A stretch of 39,428 nt of DNA from Bacillota bacterium. GTDB lineage: Bacteria; Bacillota; Dethiobacteria; DTU022; UBA8154. Of this stretch, positions 29,694 through 39,428 are shown in pieces. Every line of letters begins with the position of its first letter. Within the stretch, counting starts at the first letter, position 1. The notes below the pieces were generated by a model. The model saw only the letters and a list, made by a program, of their open reading frames with translations. It did no database searches and was not told the DNA's origin. The stretch spans positions 1 to 39,428 of the forward strand of contig JAAZMI010000047.1 in NCBI GenBank assembly GCA_012798895.1, written 5' to 3'. A program made the translations under genes and the position numbers.

Positions 29694-30068
29694 ATGATTA
29701 AACAGCGTTCCCGCAGGGTTGCCGAGCAGATGAAAAAAGAGATCAGCGAAATTTTATGTCTGGAGTTGAAAGATCCCGGGTTGATGGAGATAATCACTGT
29801 CATGGCCGTTGAGGTAACCAGGGATCTACGTTTCGCCAAGGTATTTGTAAGCATCTATGGTAATGAAGAGGAACAAAAAAAAGTGTTAGGTATTTTAGAA
29901 AAAGCAGCAGGCTTTATCCGCTATGAACTTGGTAAGAGAATACGCCTTCGCCACATACCGGAGATTGAATTTAACCTGGATCGTACTCTGGAGTACAGTG
30001 CCCGCATAGAGGGAGTGCTTAAAAAACTGGGTCTTGATACAGGAGCTGACAAATTGAAGGATGAGTAA
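29694..30068 (+). CDS. rbfA: Ribosome-binding factor A
   Basis: RVAEQMKKEIS, KDP, VEVTRDLRFAKVFVS, RLRHIPEI.F. Confidence 0.95.
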   Translation: MIKQRSRRVAEQMKKEISEILCLELKDPGLMEIITVMAVEVTRDLRFAKVFVSIYGNEEEQKKVLGILEKAAGFIRYELGKRIRLRHIPEIEFNLDRTLEYSARIEGVLKKLGLDTGADKLKDE

Positions 30069-31029
30069 ATTTAAACTGCCTTTTGAACTGGACCAGTATC
30101 AAAATATCTACGTTTTTACCCATATTAGACCCGATGGTGACGCCCTTGGTTCTACATTGGCGTTGAGGGGTGCTCTTAAATTACTCGATAAATCGGTAGA
30201 GATCTTTTGTGCGGATGAGATCCCGGCGCGTTATTCGTTTTTACCCGGAATAGAGCATTTTCGGGACAGTGTTTCTACCGCGGAAAAAAGAGGTCTGGCT
30301 TTTGTCCTCGATTGCAACGATCTATACCGGCTTGGTTCTTTAAAAGAAGTTGCGTCAAAATTTGATAAGATAGTCAACATAGATCACCATGTTACGAATA
30401 ATTTCTTTGGCGATCTAAACTTCGTTGATACTGCAGCCTCTTCTACTGGGGAGATAATCTTTCAGTTTATACAGGATAACAATCTGGAGTTAAACAAAGA
30501 AATCAGTCTCAATCTCTATGTGGCTATTGTTTCAGATACAGGATCATTCAAATTTGGCAATACCACGCCCTTAACTATGTATGTAGCCGGTGAGCTGCTT
30601 AAAAAAGGTGTAAATCCTTCTTTGGTAGGACGGAAACTTTTTGATGAATACCCTCTCTCCACCTTGCTCCTGCTCCGGGATTGTCTATCTGAAGTACAAT
30701 TTGATTCTACCAAAAAAATTATCTGGACTAACGTCTATGAAGAGACACTGGCCAAAAATAAGGCCAAACAAGCAGAACTGGATGGCTTTATCAATTATTT
30801 GATCAATGTTCAGGAAGCAAAGGTGGGCGTTCTTTTTTTTCATACGGGCCAGGATAAAACTAAAATTGGGTTTCGTTCCAAAAGTATTGATGTTGCCTCT
30901 TTGGCTCAATCTTTGGGCGGAGGCGGACATCCCCGGGCTGCCGGTGTAACCATTCCCGGCAAGCCGGAAGTTGTTGTCAGGGATGTGCTGCAAATAATCG
31001 GCGAGAGGCTGGAAAAAGATGATTCCTAA
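30061..31029 (+). CDS. nrnA: DHH/DHHA1 bifunctional oligoribonuclease/PAP phosphatase
   Basis: THIRPDGDALGS, NIDHH, SDTGSF, GGGGHPRAAG. Confidence 0.9.
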   Translation: MSKFKLPFELDQYQNIYVFTHIRPDGDALGSTLALRGALKLLDKSVEIFCADEIPARYSFLPGIEHFRDSVSTAEKRGLAFVLDCNDLYRLGSLKEVASKFDKIVNIDHHVTNNFFGDLNFVDTAASSTGEIIFQFIQDNNLELNKEISLNLYVAIVSDTGSFKFGNTTPLTMYVAGELLKKGVNPSLVGRKLFDEYPLSTLLLLRDCLSEVQFDSTKKIIWTNVYEETLAKNKAKQAELDGFINYLINVQEAKVGVLFFHTGQDKTKIGFRSKSIDVASLAQSLGGGGHPRAAGVTIPGKPEVVVRDVLQIIGERLEKDDS

Positions 31030-31075
31030 GCCCCCCGCCGGGCATCCTGCAATTTTTTAGAAGGGGTATTTCCAT

Positions 31076-31999
31076 TTGAACGGTTTTTTAAATCTGCTTA
31101 AACCTCCCGGGATGACTTCCCACGATGCTGTAAAATATGTGCGCAAACTTTTCCCCAAAACCAAAGTCGGTCATGGGGGCACCCTCGACCCAGGGGCTGC
31201 CGGGGTATTGCCCCTGCTCCTGGGGAAGGCCACAAAATTTTCATCCTATCTGATGGATCTGCCTAAAATCTATCGGGTGGAGCTCTATCTGGGCATTGCC
31301 ACCGATACCGAGGATTCTTCGGGCAGGGTAATTGCCAAGCAGAAACCAATTTCTTTACCCCTGGCGGATCTGCAAAATATTATCGCCTCTTTTCAGGGAG
31401 AGATCGAACAGGTACCCCCAATGTATGCTGCAATCAAACAAAAGGGGAAAAAATTGTACGAATATGCCCGCAAAGGGATCGTAGTAGAGCGCCCGGCGCG
31501 GAAAGTGCACATCTATTCTATTGAGGTGCTGGATTATTTCCCGCCGGAGAGAGTGCTTTTAGAGGTAGAATGTTCGAAAGGAACCTATATGCGCACTCTC
31601 TGTGCCCAGATTGGAGCCATCCTGGGGTTTGGTGGACACATGTCTTTCCTTTTAAGAAAAGCAGTGGGGAGATTCACCCTTTCCCAGGCCTGCATCCTGG
31701 ACGGTTTAGACCTTGCTGATGATGTACTAAGGGCAGAGCAGGCACTTTTACCACCGGATTTTCCTTTTCGCGATTATGAGTATCTATTATTAGAAGAAAA
31801 AGAGATTAAAAAATTAATGCAGGGGCAGTTTTTGCCCTGGCCGGTGTTGCGCACCAAAACGCATGTTTCAGGAAAACCGGTTGACGAAAAAATATTACCG
31901 GTATATACTACAACAAGAGAATTTGTGGGACTGGCTAAGTGGAAATTGGACCAAACAGCAGGGTTTTACTTAAGGGCTGCTAAAATAATTCGTACTTAA
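31076..31999 (+). CDS. truB: tRNA pseudouridine(55) synthase
   Basis: KPPGMTSHD, KVGHGGTLDP, QVPPMYAAIK, CSKGTYMR. Confidence 0.96.
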   Translation: MNGFLNLLKPPGMTSHDAVKYVRKLFPKTKVGHGGTLDPGAAGVLPLLLGKATKFSSYLMDLPKIYRVELYLGIATDTEDSSGRVIAKQKPISLPLADLQNIIASFQGEIEQVPPMYAAIKQKGKKLYEYARKGIVVERPARKVHIYSIEVLDYFPPERVLLEVECSKGTYMRTLCAQIGAILGFGGHMSFLLRKAVGRFTLSQACILDGLDLADDVLRAEQALLPPDFPFRDYEYLLLEEKEIKKLMQGQFLPWPVLRTKTHVSGKPVDEKILPVYTTTREFVGLAKWKLDQTAGFYLRAAKIIRT

Positions 32000-32018
32000 A
32001 AAGGCACGGGTGGATTTC

Positions 32019-32981
32019 ATGCAAATTGTCTACGATGTTGAAAATTATAAAGCCGACCGGAGAAAATTGGCGTTGGCTCTTGGTAACTTTGATGGCTTGC
32101 ATATTGCTCATCGTAAAATAATTAAACGGACAAAAGAGATAGCTGCCCAAAGAGATCTCTTGAGTGCAGTTTTCCTTCTGGATCCCCATCCTTTGAAAAT
32201 ACTTTCCCCCCATAAAAACTTGTTACTTCTCTCTACCCTGGAGGAAAGGGCGGAAATATTAGAGAATTGGAATCTAGATATCCTTTTTGTTCAGAAATTT
32301 ACATCCGGCCTGGCTGCCCTTGCTCCCTTGCAGTTTGTTCAGAGATTCCTCGTAGATATTTTAGGAGTAGACACAGTGATCATTGGTTTCGATTATACTT
32401 TTGGAGATCGGGGCAGCGGTACAGCAGATGATCTGCTGGAATGGGGTAGAAAATTTGGTTTTGCCGTGGAGATCGTACCCCCTGTGAAGCGTGGTAAAAA
32501 GATCGTGAGCAGTTCTCTAATTAGAGATCTGTTGCGTAGAGGAGATGTCGAAAAAGCGGCCAACTATCTGGATTTCAGTTTTACGCGCCGCGGGAGGGTG
32601 GTTCACGGGGAAGGTAGAGGTAGAAAATTGGGGTTCCCTACTGCCAACCTGGTTATTTCCCCGGATCTGCTGTTGCCGGCAAACGGTGTCTACTTAAGCC
32701 TGATCTATTGGCGTGGTAGGGAGCTGTTCGGCTTGACAAATATTGGTGTTAAGCCAACCTTTGGCACGGCTATAAAACCGATCGTGGAGGTTTTTTTGTT
32801 AGATTTTGATCAAAATATATATGATGAAGAATTGGATGTTAAGTTTTTATGTAAAATTAGAGATGAAGTTGCCTTTAAAGATGTCGGCAGCTTACAAAAA
32901 CAAATTGCTTCTGATGTTGATCTTGCCCGCAGCCTCATCGGCAATAAATATAAAGATTTAAGGGAAAAACAATTGATCTGA
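32019..32981 (+). CDS. ribF: Bifunctional riboflavin kinase/FAD synthetase
   Basis: ALGNFDGLH, VSSSLIR, GRKLGFPTAN, GVY, NIGVKPTF. Confidence 0.95.
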   Translation: MQIVYDVENYKADRRKLALALGNFDGLHIAHRKIIKRTKEIAAQRDLLSAVFLLDPHPLKILSPHKNLLLLSTLEERAEILENWNLDILFVQKFTSGLAALAPLQFVQRFLVDILGVDTVIIGFDYTFGDRGSGTADDLLEWGRKFGFAVEIVPPVKRGKKIVSSSLIRDLLRRGDVEKAANYLDFSFTRRGRVVHGEGRGRKLGFPTANLVISPDLLLPANGVYLSLIYWRGRELFGLTNIGVKPTFGTAIKPIVEVFLLDFDQNIYDEELDVKFLCKIRDEVAFKDVGSLQKQIASDVDLARSLIGNKYKDLREKQLI

Positions 32982-32999
32982 AAGCCGATCAAGGTGATA

Positions 33000-33028
33000 T
33001 TTACAAGAGTTGGCCAATATGATAAAAT
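33000..33028 (+). promoter_or_regulatory. SigA promoter of rpsO
   Basis: TTTACA-N17-TAAAAT with a TGn extension. The downstream leader contains CCTAAC...GTTAGG, a possible S15-binding stem. Confidence 0.55.
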
Positions 33029-33094
33029 CTGTTTGATTCCGGCCTAACAAGATCGCTTCCAAAGTTAGGGGTAAAGAAAAAGGAGGTGAGGTAG

Positions 33095-33364
33095 ATGGCT
33101 TTACCAAGCGATGCTAAAAGCAGGATAATTGATGAATACAAAAATCATGATACTGACACCGGTTCTCCGGAAGTGCAGATTGCTATCCTCACCAAAAGAA
33201 TCAACCAGTTGACTGAACATCTGAAAAAACATAAGAAAGATTTTCATTCCCGGCGGGGTCTATTGAAAATAGTGGGGAAACGCAGGGGGTTGTTGAACTA
33301 TCTAAGAGACAAGGCCCCGGAGAGATACCGGACCGTGATCGATAAATTGGGCTTAAGAAGGTAG
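33095..33364 (+). CDS. rpsO: 30S ribosomal protein S15
   Basis: [36 protein letters not shown]. Confidence 0.98.
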   Translation: MALPSDAKSRIIDEYKNHDTDTGSPEVQIAILTKRINQLTEHLKKHKKDFHSRRGLLKIVGKRRGLLNYLRDKAPERYRTVIDKLGLRR

Positions 33365-33368
33365 TACC

Positions 33369-33391
33369 AAGCGGGGATTCCCCGCTTTTTT
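33369..33391 (+). terminator. Rho-independent terminator after rpsO
   Basis: AAGCGGGG-ATT-CCCCGCTT followed by a T run. Confidence 0.75.
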
Positions 33392-33410
33392 AAACAAGGG
33401 GAGATGTTAT

Positions 33411-35597
33411 GTGGAAAATTTCCAGATAGATATTGCAGGTAGGCCTTTACTGATCGAAACGGGGAAAGTGGCCGGCCAGGCAAGCGGGGCAGTGTTGATT
33501 CGTTATGGAGATACCGCGCTATTAGTTACGGCTACTGTTTCCAAAGAGCCGCGTGAAGGCATCGATTTTTTCCCTTTAACTGTAGATTATGAGGAGAGGC
33601 TCTACGCTGTAGGGAGAATCCCGGGGGGCTTCATTAAAAGAGAGGGTCGCCCCACCGAAAAAGCGATCCTGGCCGCGAGGTTGACTGACAGATCGCTTCG
33701 GCCTTTATTCCCAGATGATTTTCGCAATGCGGTACATGTTGTCGTTACAGTCCTCTCTGTGGACCAGGACTGCCCCCCGGAACCGTTGGCTATTATCGGC
33801 GCCTCCACGGCTCTTTCTATCTCTAAAATACCGTTTGTGGGCCCGATTGCCGCAGTAAATGTAGGTCTGATCGATGATCAACCGGTGATCAACCCGACTA
33901 TCGAACAAAGTGAAGAAAGCCAACTAAATTTGACTATTGCAGGCACAGAAGATGCTGTGATGATGGTCGAATCCAAAGCAAACGAGGTCTCCGTGGAACA
34001 GGTCCTCGAGGCCATCAAAACCGGACACGAAGCAATCAAAGAACTTATCCGGATGCAGGAGGAGATCGTAGCTAAGATCGGCATGGAAAAAATGGCTGTA
34101 GAACCATTTGTTCCTGATGCACAGATCAGTCAAGAAGTAGAGAGTTTTTCTCGAGAAAAACTCGATAAAGCTTTAAGGATAGTGGAAAAACAGGAAAGAG
34201 AAGACGAACTGGATAAAGTGGAAGATGAGACCATGCAACATTTTTTGGAACTTTATCCGGAAAATGAACAGGATATCAAGGTGACCCTTAGTCGTATGAT
34301 CAAAAAGAAGTTGCGTGCCATGATTCTGGAAGAAAAAATACGCCCCGATGGCCGGGCCTGGGATAAGATCAGGCCGATTGGTTGCGAAGTTCAACTTTTT
34401 AAGCGAACACATGGTTCTTCCATCTTTACAAGAGGGCAGACCCAAGTCATGGATATCTGCACTCTGGGTGCCTTAAGGGATATGCAAAGATTAGACGGCC
34501 TCGGCATCGAAGAATCAAAAAGATTTATGCATCATTACAATTTTCCCCCTTACAGCGTGGGGGAAGCAGGTTTTATGCGCGGGCCCGGCAGAAGAGAGAT
34601 TGGCCATGGTGCTTTGGCGGAAAAAGCCCTGGAAACAGTGATTCCCAACGAGGACGATTTTCCCTATACGATCCGCCTCGTATCCGAAGTGCTTGAATCG
34701 AACGGTTCCACCTCGATGGGTAGTGTTTGCGCCGGAACGCTGGCTTTGATGGATGCCGGTGTGCCCATTGCCTCCCCGGTTGCCGGTATAGCCATGGGTC
34801 TGATTAAGGAGGAAAACGCCTATGCCATCCTTTCAGATATCCAGGGAATCGAGGATTTTTTAGGCGATATGGATTTTAAGGTGGCAGGTACGCAAAAGGG
34901 TATAACGGCTCTGCAGATGGACATCAAAATGAAAGGCCTCTCTTGGGAGATACTGCGCGAAGCTCTCTATCGGGCCAAAGAAGATTATCTTTTTATTCTT
35001 GGCGAGATGCTCAAGGTGATCAGCGCACCACGTCCCAAACTTTCGGAATTTGCCCCGCGCATTATCACTCTACAGATCGATCCGGAAAAGATACGCGATG
35101 TCATCGGGCCGGGTGGAAGGGTGATTAACAAGATCATCGCAGAAACAGGAACTGAGATCGAGATCGAATCTGACGGCAAAATATTTATAGTGACCATGGA
35201 TGCAGAAGCCGGGCATAAAGCCCAACAGATTATCGAAGATCTAACGGCTGAAGTGGAACCAGGGCGAATCTACCTCGGCAAAGTAACCCGGACAGAAAGA
35301 TACGGTGCTTTTGTTGAGATCCTACCTGGAAAAGAAGGATTGGTGCATATCTCCCATCTGGAACGCTACCGCGTAAACAAAACTGAAGATATTGTCAATG
35401 TTGGTGATCAAGTTCAGGTAAAAGTTCTTGAAATAGATGATAGAGGGAGAATCAACCTTTCCAGAAGGGAAGCCCTACCTGCCAAAACCTCCAGACCGGG
35501 CGATTCCAGGAAGAGAGCTAGTGGAAGGCAGGAAAAAACAGCCGATTTTTCTCACAAAAGGCAGAAACGTTCCAGCAAAGAACATAAACCTCGATAG
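33411..35597 (+). CDS. pnp: Polyribonucleotide nucleotidyltransferase (PNPase)
   Basis: [49 protein letters not shown] and S1 domains. Confidence 0.98.
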   Translation: MENFQIDIAGRPLLIETGKVAGQASGAVLIRYGDTALLVTATVSKEPREGIDFFPLTVDYEERLYAVGRIPGGFIKREGRPTEKAILAARLTDRSLRPLFPDDFRNAVHVVVTVLSVDQDCPPEPLAIIGASTALSISKIPFVGPIAAVNVGLIDDQPVINPTIEQSEESQLNLTIAGTEDAVMMVESKANEVSVEQVLEAIKTGHEAIKELIRMQEEIVAKIGMEKMAVEPFVPDAQISQEVESFSREKLDKALRIVEKQEREDELDKVEDETMQHFLELYPENEQDIKVTLSRMIKKKLRAMILEEKIRPDGRAWDKIRPIGCEVQLFKRTHGSSIFTRGQTQVMDICTLGALRDMQRLDGLGIEESKRFMHHYNFPPYSVGEAGFMRGPGRREIGHGALAEKALETVIPNEDDFPYTIRLVSEVLESNGSTSMGSVCAGTLALMDAGVPIASPVAGIAMGLIKEENAYAILSDIQGIEDFLGDMDFKVAGTQKGITALQMDIKMKGLSWEILREALYRAKEDYLFILGEMLKVISAPRPKLSEFAPRIITLQIDPEKIRDVIGPGGRVINKIIAETGTEIEIESDGKIFIVTMDAEAGHKAQQIIEDLTAEVEPGRIYLGKVTRTERYGAFVEILPGKEGLVHISHLERYRVNKTEDIVNVGDQVQVKVLEIDDRGRINLSRREALPAKTSRPGDSRKRASGRQEKTADFSHKRQKRSSKEHKPR

Positions 35598-35689
35598 GTT
35601 TATGTTCTTTGTTTTAAAAAAATATACAGGAATATTTTGGGGCCTGTATTAATAACTATGATGTAAAGATATAATTGAGGTCTTAATTA

Positions 35690-36412
35690 ATGAAAAAACC
35701 TCTTTTTTTTTTAATTATTTCCCTACTGCTTATCATTTTGTTTACTGTTCAAGCAATTACCCTGGCCAAGAACCCCGGTTATCCCGAACCGGTGTTTCAG
35801 GTGGAAAAAACAAAGGGTTTTCTCTTCCTAACATTTAATCTGCCCTGGGGGGAATCACAGCTTGACACCCTTCTTAGAATACTGGATGAGCATGATAGCA
35901 GGGCAGTCTTTTTTATATCCGGCCATTGGTTAAAGGAATACCCGCAAAATGCCAAGAAAATAATCAATGGCGGGCACCAGATCGGCAATCACACTTTTTC
36001 CTATGCCCGGCTTTTAGCGTTAAAAGAGGAAGAGATCGAGCAGGAAATTAGTTCATTCAATAAATTGTGTGAAGAAACATGCAATATAAACCCTGTTTTT
36101 TTTCGTCCCCCGTATGGTGAATACAATCCCCGCATTGTTCGGTTGGCTTCTGAAAATGGTTGTTTTACCCTTTTGTGGAGCATCAATGCCCTAATGCTTT
36201 CCAATTTGGAAACAGAGTTGATCATAAACCACATCGAGGAACGGATCCACGATGGTGCTGTGATCCTTTTGCATGCTACGCCCCGGATTGTGGAGACATT
36301 GCCTCAGATCATCAATTTTTTGGAATGGAAAGGATATACCATTGCTTCACCGGATCTAATAAAAGAATATGCGGAAAAAAGATGCAACTATTCAGAACTC
36401 GCAACCCGGTAA
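35690..36412 (+). CDS. Polysaccharide deacetylase family protein (PdaB-like, degenerate motifs)
   Basis: Signal/TM segment; LTFNLPWG, AVFFISG.W, GHQIGNHTFSY, FFRPPYGEY, GAVILLHA. Confidence 0.85.
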   Translation: MKKPLFFLIISLLLIILFTVQAITLAKNPGYPEPVFQVEKTKGFLFLTFNLPWGESQLDTLLRILDEHDSRAVFFISGHWLKEYPQNAKKIINGGHQIGNHTFSYARLLALKEEEIEQEISSFNKLCEETCNINPVFFRPPYGEYNPRIVRLASENGCFTLLWSINALMLSNLETELIINHIEERIHDGAVILLHATPRIVETLPQIINFLEWKGYTIASPDLIKEYAEKRCNYSELATR

Positions 36413-36468
36413 ATTCTGCGTCCGCACGGCTGGCAGTAAAAAAACATTTTTAACCGGAGGGTGAATGC

Positions 36469-37482
36469 GTGTTCATTGTTCTCTTTTCGTCCAGGACAAA
36501 AATAGTTTCTCTGCTGTTGTTGGCAACCGTAATCTGCGCATTTTTTTTCAAGGATCATCTAACAACCTGCTATACAAGGCATTTCCATGGTGTAAGGTCG
36601 GAGGTGACATTTTTAGGACAGGAGCTGGGCGGCTTAACGCGGGATGAAGTAGAAACCATCGTCGCCGCCAAGATTGGTGCGTGGCAAACAGAGCCGATCG
36701 ATGCTCACTACGAGCCCAGTTTTAATTCGATCGTCCCAGAATTATGGGGCTATGAAATTGATATCGAGGAGACGGTAGATAGCATTATGTCTGCACCACG
36801 CGCCAAGCAGATCGCTCCGGTTTTAAAACCCTTGTTGCCCGATGTCAGCATGCAGGATTATCCCTCCGCTTTTATAGAGCGGGGAAACCCGCAAAAAGAA
36901 AGCGTTGCCTTGATGATCAACGTGGCCTGGGGTACAGAACACCTTCGGCCCATGTTGAAAGTTTTGGCCGCAGGGGATGCCCGAGCTACTTTCTTCGTAG
37001 TAGGGAGGTGGGCGGAACAAAATGAAGCCCTTTTGCAGGAGATCAGCCGGCAAGGGCACCTGATTGCCAACCATGGGTACAGCGATGCTGTAGTGTTCCC
37101 GGAGTTAACCGTGGAAAGAATGGAACATAGCATCGGAGAAACGAACAAGATAGTTCGGGTTGCCACCGGCCAGGAGCCGGAATATTTTACGCCGCATAAG
37201 GGTGAGTACAATGAATTGGTTTTGGAGACGATTTCACGCCAGGGCATGCGCACTATCATGTGGTCCATAGATACTGTAGATTGGCAGGAACCCGGCGTAG
37301 AAGAGATGAAAGCCAGGGTTTTGGGAAACCTGCATACTGGAGCCATTATCCTCGCCCATCCTACAGCGGAGACTGTAACCCTCTTTAAAGAAATAATTCC
37401 TGTTATAAACGATAAAGGCTTTAAACTGGTAACGGTAGATGAGTTGTTAAGCCCGCAGCACCTTCCTGATGAGATAAGATGA
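36469..37482 (+). CDS. Polysaccharide deacetylase family protein (YlxY-like)
   Basis: N-terminal TM; GNP.K.SVALMINVAWG, ATFFVVGRW, ANHGYS, WSIDTVDW, GAIILAHPT; lies close downstream of pnp like Bacillus ylxY. Confidence 0.85.
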   Translation: MFIVLFSSRTKIVSLLLLATVICAFFFKDHLTTCYTRHFHGVRSEVTFLGQELGGLTRDEVETIVAAKIGAWQTEPIDAHYEPSFNSIVPELWGYEIDIEETVDSIMSAPRAKQIAPVLKPLLPDVSMQDYPSAFIERGNPQKESVALMINVAWGTEHLRPMLKVLAAGDARATFFVVGRWAEQNEALLQEISRQGHLIANHGYSDAVVFPELTVERMEHSIGETNKIVRVATGQEPEYFTPHKGEYNELVLETISRQGMRTIMWSIDTVDWQEPGVEEMKARVLGNLHTGAIILAHPTAETVTLFKEIIPVINDKGFKLVTVDELLSPQHLPDEIR

Positions 37483-38315
37483 GAAAAAGAATTTTCCTGT
37501 TAATAATTAAAGGGACCTCTCTCTCCTTAATCGTTCTCTTTATTCTTACCGGTTGCTTGGCCCTGGGAATCAGGGACAGTTACAAACGGTTGAAATACGG
37601 CGTCCCCCGAGGGGTCTACCTGATAGACATCCCTCTGGAAAAAAAACTGCCGCAAGAAGTACGTGCCCATGTTTTGTCTCTTGCTCAGTCCTCTTTCATC
37701 CGGCCCCGCAACGCTTTTTTAGATCCTCTTTCAGGACAGATGTTGCCACCGGTTTATGGCCGGAAAATTGATGTAGAAGCTACTATAGAACTCGTTATGA
37801 ACTCCGAGCCGGGTTCGGTTCTGCAGCCGGTCTACATTCCTCTTGATCCCGAGATAACCATGGACCTTTATCAGAACATTCGGCATAAAAGAGGTTCCTT
37901 CGCCACAGGTTACGGAGACGGCGGCCGGGGCAAAAATATCAGGCTTGCGGCCGGCCAGATAAACAATTATGTTTTAGCTTCCGGGGAAATTTTTTCCTTT
38001 AATAAGGCTACCATGCCCCGCGATGCCGAACACGGCTACGAATTGGCTCCCATCATCGTCGGTGACGCCGTTGTTCCCGGCTACGGCGGCGGCGTATGTC
38101 AGGTTTCAACAACTCTCTACAATGCCGTTCGGCGCGCCGGGCTGGAAATTGTGGAACGTTACCCACATAGCCTGCCGATCGATTACGTGGCTCCGGGCAT
38201 GGATGCCACGGTTTCAGATTATCTCGATTTTAAATTCCGAAACGATACGGAAAAAATGATCATGATCAAAGCAACCGCCCATGGATATCTACTTGTTGTT
38301 GAGATCTGGGAATAA
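37479..38315 (+). CDS. VanW family protein
   Basis: NIRLAA, GEIFSFN, GGGVCQVSTTLYNA, IVERYPHS, DATVS, DFKFRND. Confidence 0.9.
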   Translation: MRKRIFLLIIKGTSLSLIVLFILTGCLALGIRDSYKRLKYGVPRGVYLIDIPLEKKLPQEVRAHVLSLAQSSFIRPRNAFLDPLSGQMLPPVYGRKIDVEATIELVMNSEPGSVLQPVYIPLDPEITMDLYQNIRHKRGSFATGYGDGGRGKNIRLAAGQINNYVLASGEIFSFNKATMPRDAEHGYELAPIIVGDAVVPGYGGGVCQVSTTLYNAVRRAGLEIVERYPHSLPIDYVAPGMDATVSDYLDFKFRNDTEKMIMIKATAHGYLLVVEIWE

Positions 38316-38413
38316 GTTTTCTGGGGCAGCAGATTGCTATTTGGAGGATGGGCCCACGGCAATAATCTCATTTGGGCAATCCGATCATTATGCATCACTA
38401 CAATTATCATTTC

Positions 38414-38454
38414 TGCCGTAAAACCCCCTGATTTATCCGTGGGGAGTATGTCAA
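38414..38454 (+). mobile_element. IS200/IS605-family end remnant (single subterminal hairpin ending ..GTATGTCAA)
   Basis: TGCCGTAAAACCCCCTGATTTATCCGTGGGGAGTATGTCAA: an imperfect CCCC..GGGG hairpin followed by AGTATGTCAA, typical of IS200/IS605 right ends. No tnpA or tnpB nearby. Confidence 0.6.
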
Positions 38455-38724
38455 GGGAGCCTAAAATAATCAATTGCCAATCCTCTTGCCTGTCCAGAAA
38501 CTGCCGGATATACTATCTATAGCAGTATAGCAGTGATTTTTAAAAGAGAATAAATTTACTGCTACATTATAAATTAAGAAATTTTGTATTGAAAAGGATC
38601 GGGTTGAACAGAAAAAGGCTGGTTTCAGCCCCACTGTTTTAAAAACCCGGGGCTTCTTTAAGGTCTTCACATAGTTTGATGGAAGCTATGACACATTGTT
38701 GCAGGAAGGAGCAGAAAACCTAAG

Positions 38725-39195
38725 ATGGATATAATTCCGAAACCCGAAAAAATTGAAGTGCTGATCACAAAATTGGGACATGCCCGCGATCTTCCCCTCC
38801 CCGGTTATGCCACGAAACAAGCGGCGGGAATAGATCTTTTTGCAGCCGTAGAAGACAGCGTGCCCTTGGATGAGGGGGAGATCAAGTTGATCCCCACCGG
38901 CATCGCCCTGGCCCTGCCCCCGGGGTATGAAGGACAGGTGCGGCCCCGCAGTGGGCTGGCTTTAAAGCATGGGCTTACTGTGTTGAATTCGCCGGGTACG
39001 ATCGATGCGGATTACCGGGGGGAGATAAAAGTAATCGTGATCAATCTGGGCAACAAACCGTACCTTGTTCAAAGAGGGGAGCGCATCGCCCAGCTGGTCG
39101 TGCAAGCCCTGGTGAAGATAGAATGGCAGGAGGTTGGGGAGTTGCCTTCGTCGGGGAGGGAGGAGGGAGGGTTTGGGCATACGGGGCGGTTCTAG
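38725..39195 (+). CDS. dut: dUTP diphosphatase
   Basis: AAGIDL, RPRSGLA, NSPGTIDADYRGE, ERIAQL, R.EGGFGHTG. Confidence 0.97.
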   Translation: MDIIPKPEKIEVLITKLGHARDLPLPGYATKQAAGIDLFAAVEDSVPLDEGEIKLIPTGIALALPPGYEGQVRPRSGLALKHGLTVLNSPGTIDADYRGEIKVIVINLGNKPYLVQRGERIAQLVVQALVKIEWQEVGELPSSGREEGGFGHTGRF

Positions 39196-39407
39196 GGTGG
39201 TGAAGGATGTAGTGAGCTCCGAGTTCAGCTCAGAGAGTTCTACGGCTTAGCTACGGCCACAGGCGACCTGCCCGGCCAAGTTCCCGTCCATGGTCACACG
39301 GCCGGCTGCCGACATCCTGTCGGCAGGGTCGCCTTTAGGCCTACGCTTCGCCGTGAACTCTTTGCTTCGCTTCACAAGTCGCTGCACTACATCCTTTCAC
39401 CACCATA
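39193..39407. repeat. ~210-nt nested-palindromic element (MITE-like repeat or structured RNA)
   Basis: Terminal IR GGTGGTGAAGGATGTAGTG (39196-39214) / CACTACATCCTTTCACCACC (39385-39404), several nested inner stems, and TA on both flanks. Confidence 0.6.
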
Positions 39408-39428
39408 GCATGTTGAAAGGATTTAAAA

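Noticed and set aside
35703-35712. T10 tract near the start of the first deacetylase gene as a phase-variation site
   Set aside because: It encodes Leu-Phe-Phe-Leu of a hydrophobic signal segment in frame; there is no evidence of length variation without reads.
38334-38670. Short ORFs in the VanW-dut gap (62, 66 and 84 aa)
   Set aside because: No convincing SD or motifs and no transposase/TnpB similarity; likely spurious.

Overview
All credible genes lie on the + strand. The gene content points to an anaerobic, probably spore-forming Bacillota (Clostridia-like) genome; this taxonomy is an inference. The first part (1-13.3 kb) is an accessory catabolic region. It starts with the 3' tail of a glycyl-radical-enzyme activase that the ORF track missed. 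A TRAP transporter (dctPQM), an acyl/aryl-CoA ligase and a DUF1847 protein follow. Next come an SCP2-type thiolase/DUF35 pair, a 3-hydroxyacyl-CoA dehydrogenase, an enoyl-CoA hydratase and an Fe-S flavoprotein. The region ends with the benzoyl-CoA-pathway genes dch and had (no oah or ring reductase in view), a MITE-like element and a PaaI thioesterase. The middle (13.6-17.5 kb) holds DegV/DAK2 (fatty-acid kinase) and an orphan Tm-1-like gene. The rest (17.6-39.2 kb) is the core block pyrH-frr-uppS-cdsA-dxr-rseP-ispG-GT2-rimP-nusA-rnpM-infB-rbfA-nrnA-truB-ribF-rpsO-pnp, then two degenerate polysaccharide deacetylases, a VanW protein and dut. Notable non-coding elements are the rimP leader, a ~41-bp IS200/IS605-like end remnant and a ~210-nt TA-flanked nested palindrome after dut. 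All calls come from reading motifs by eye; no searches were run.
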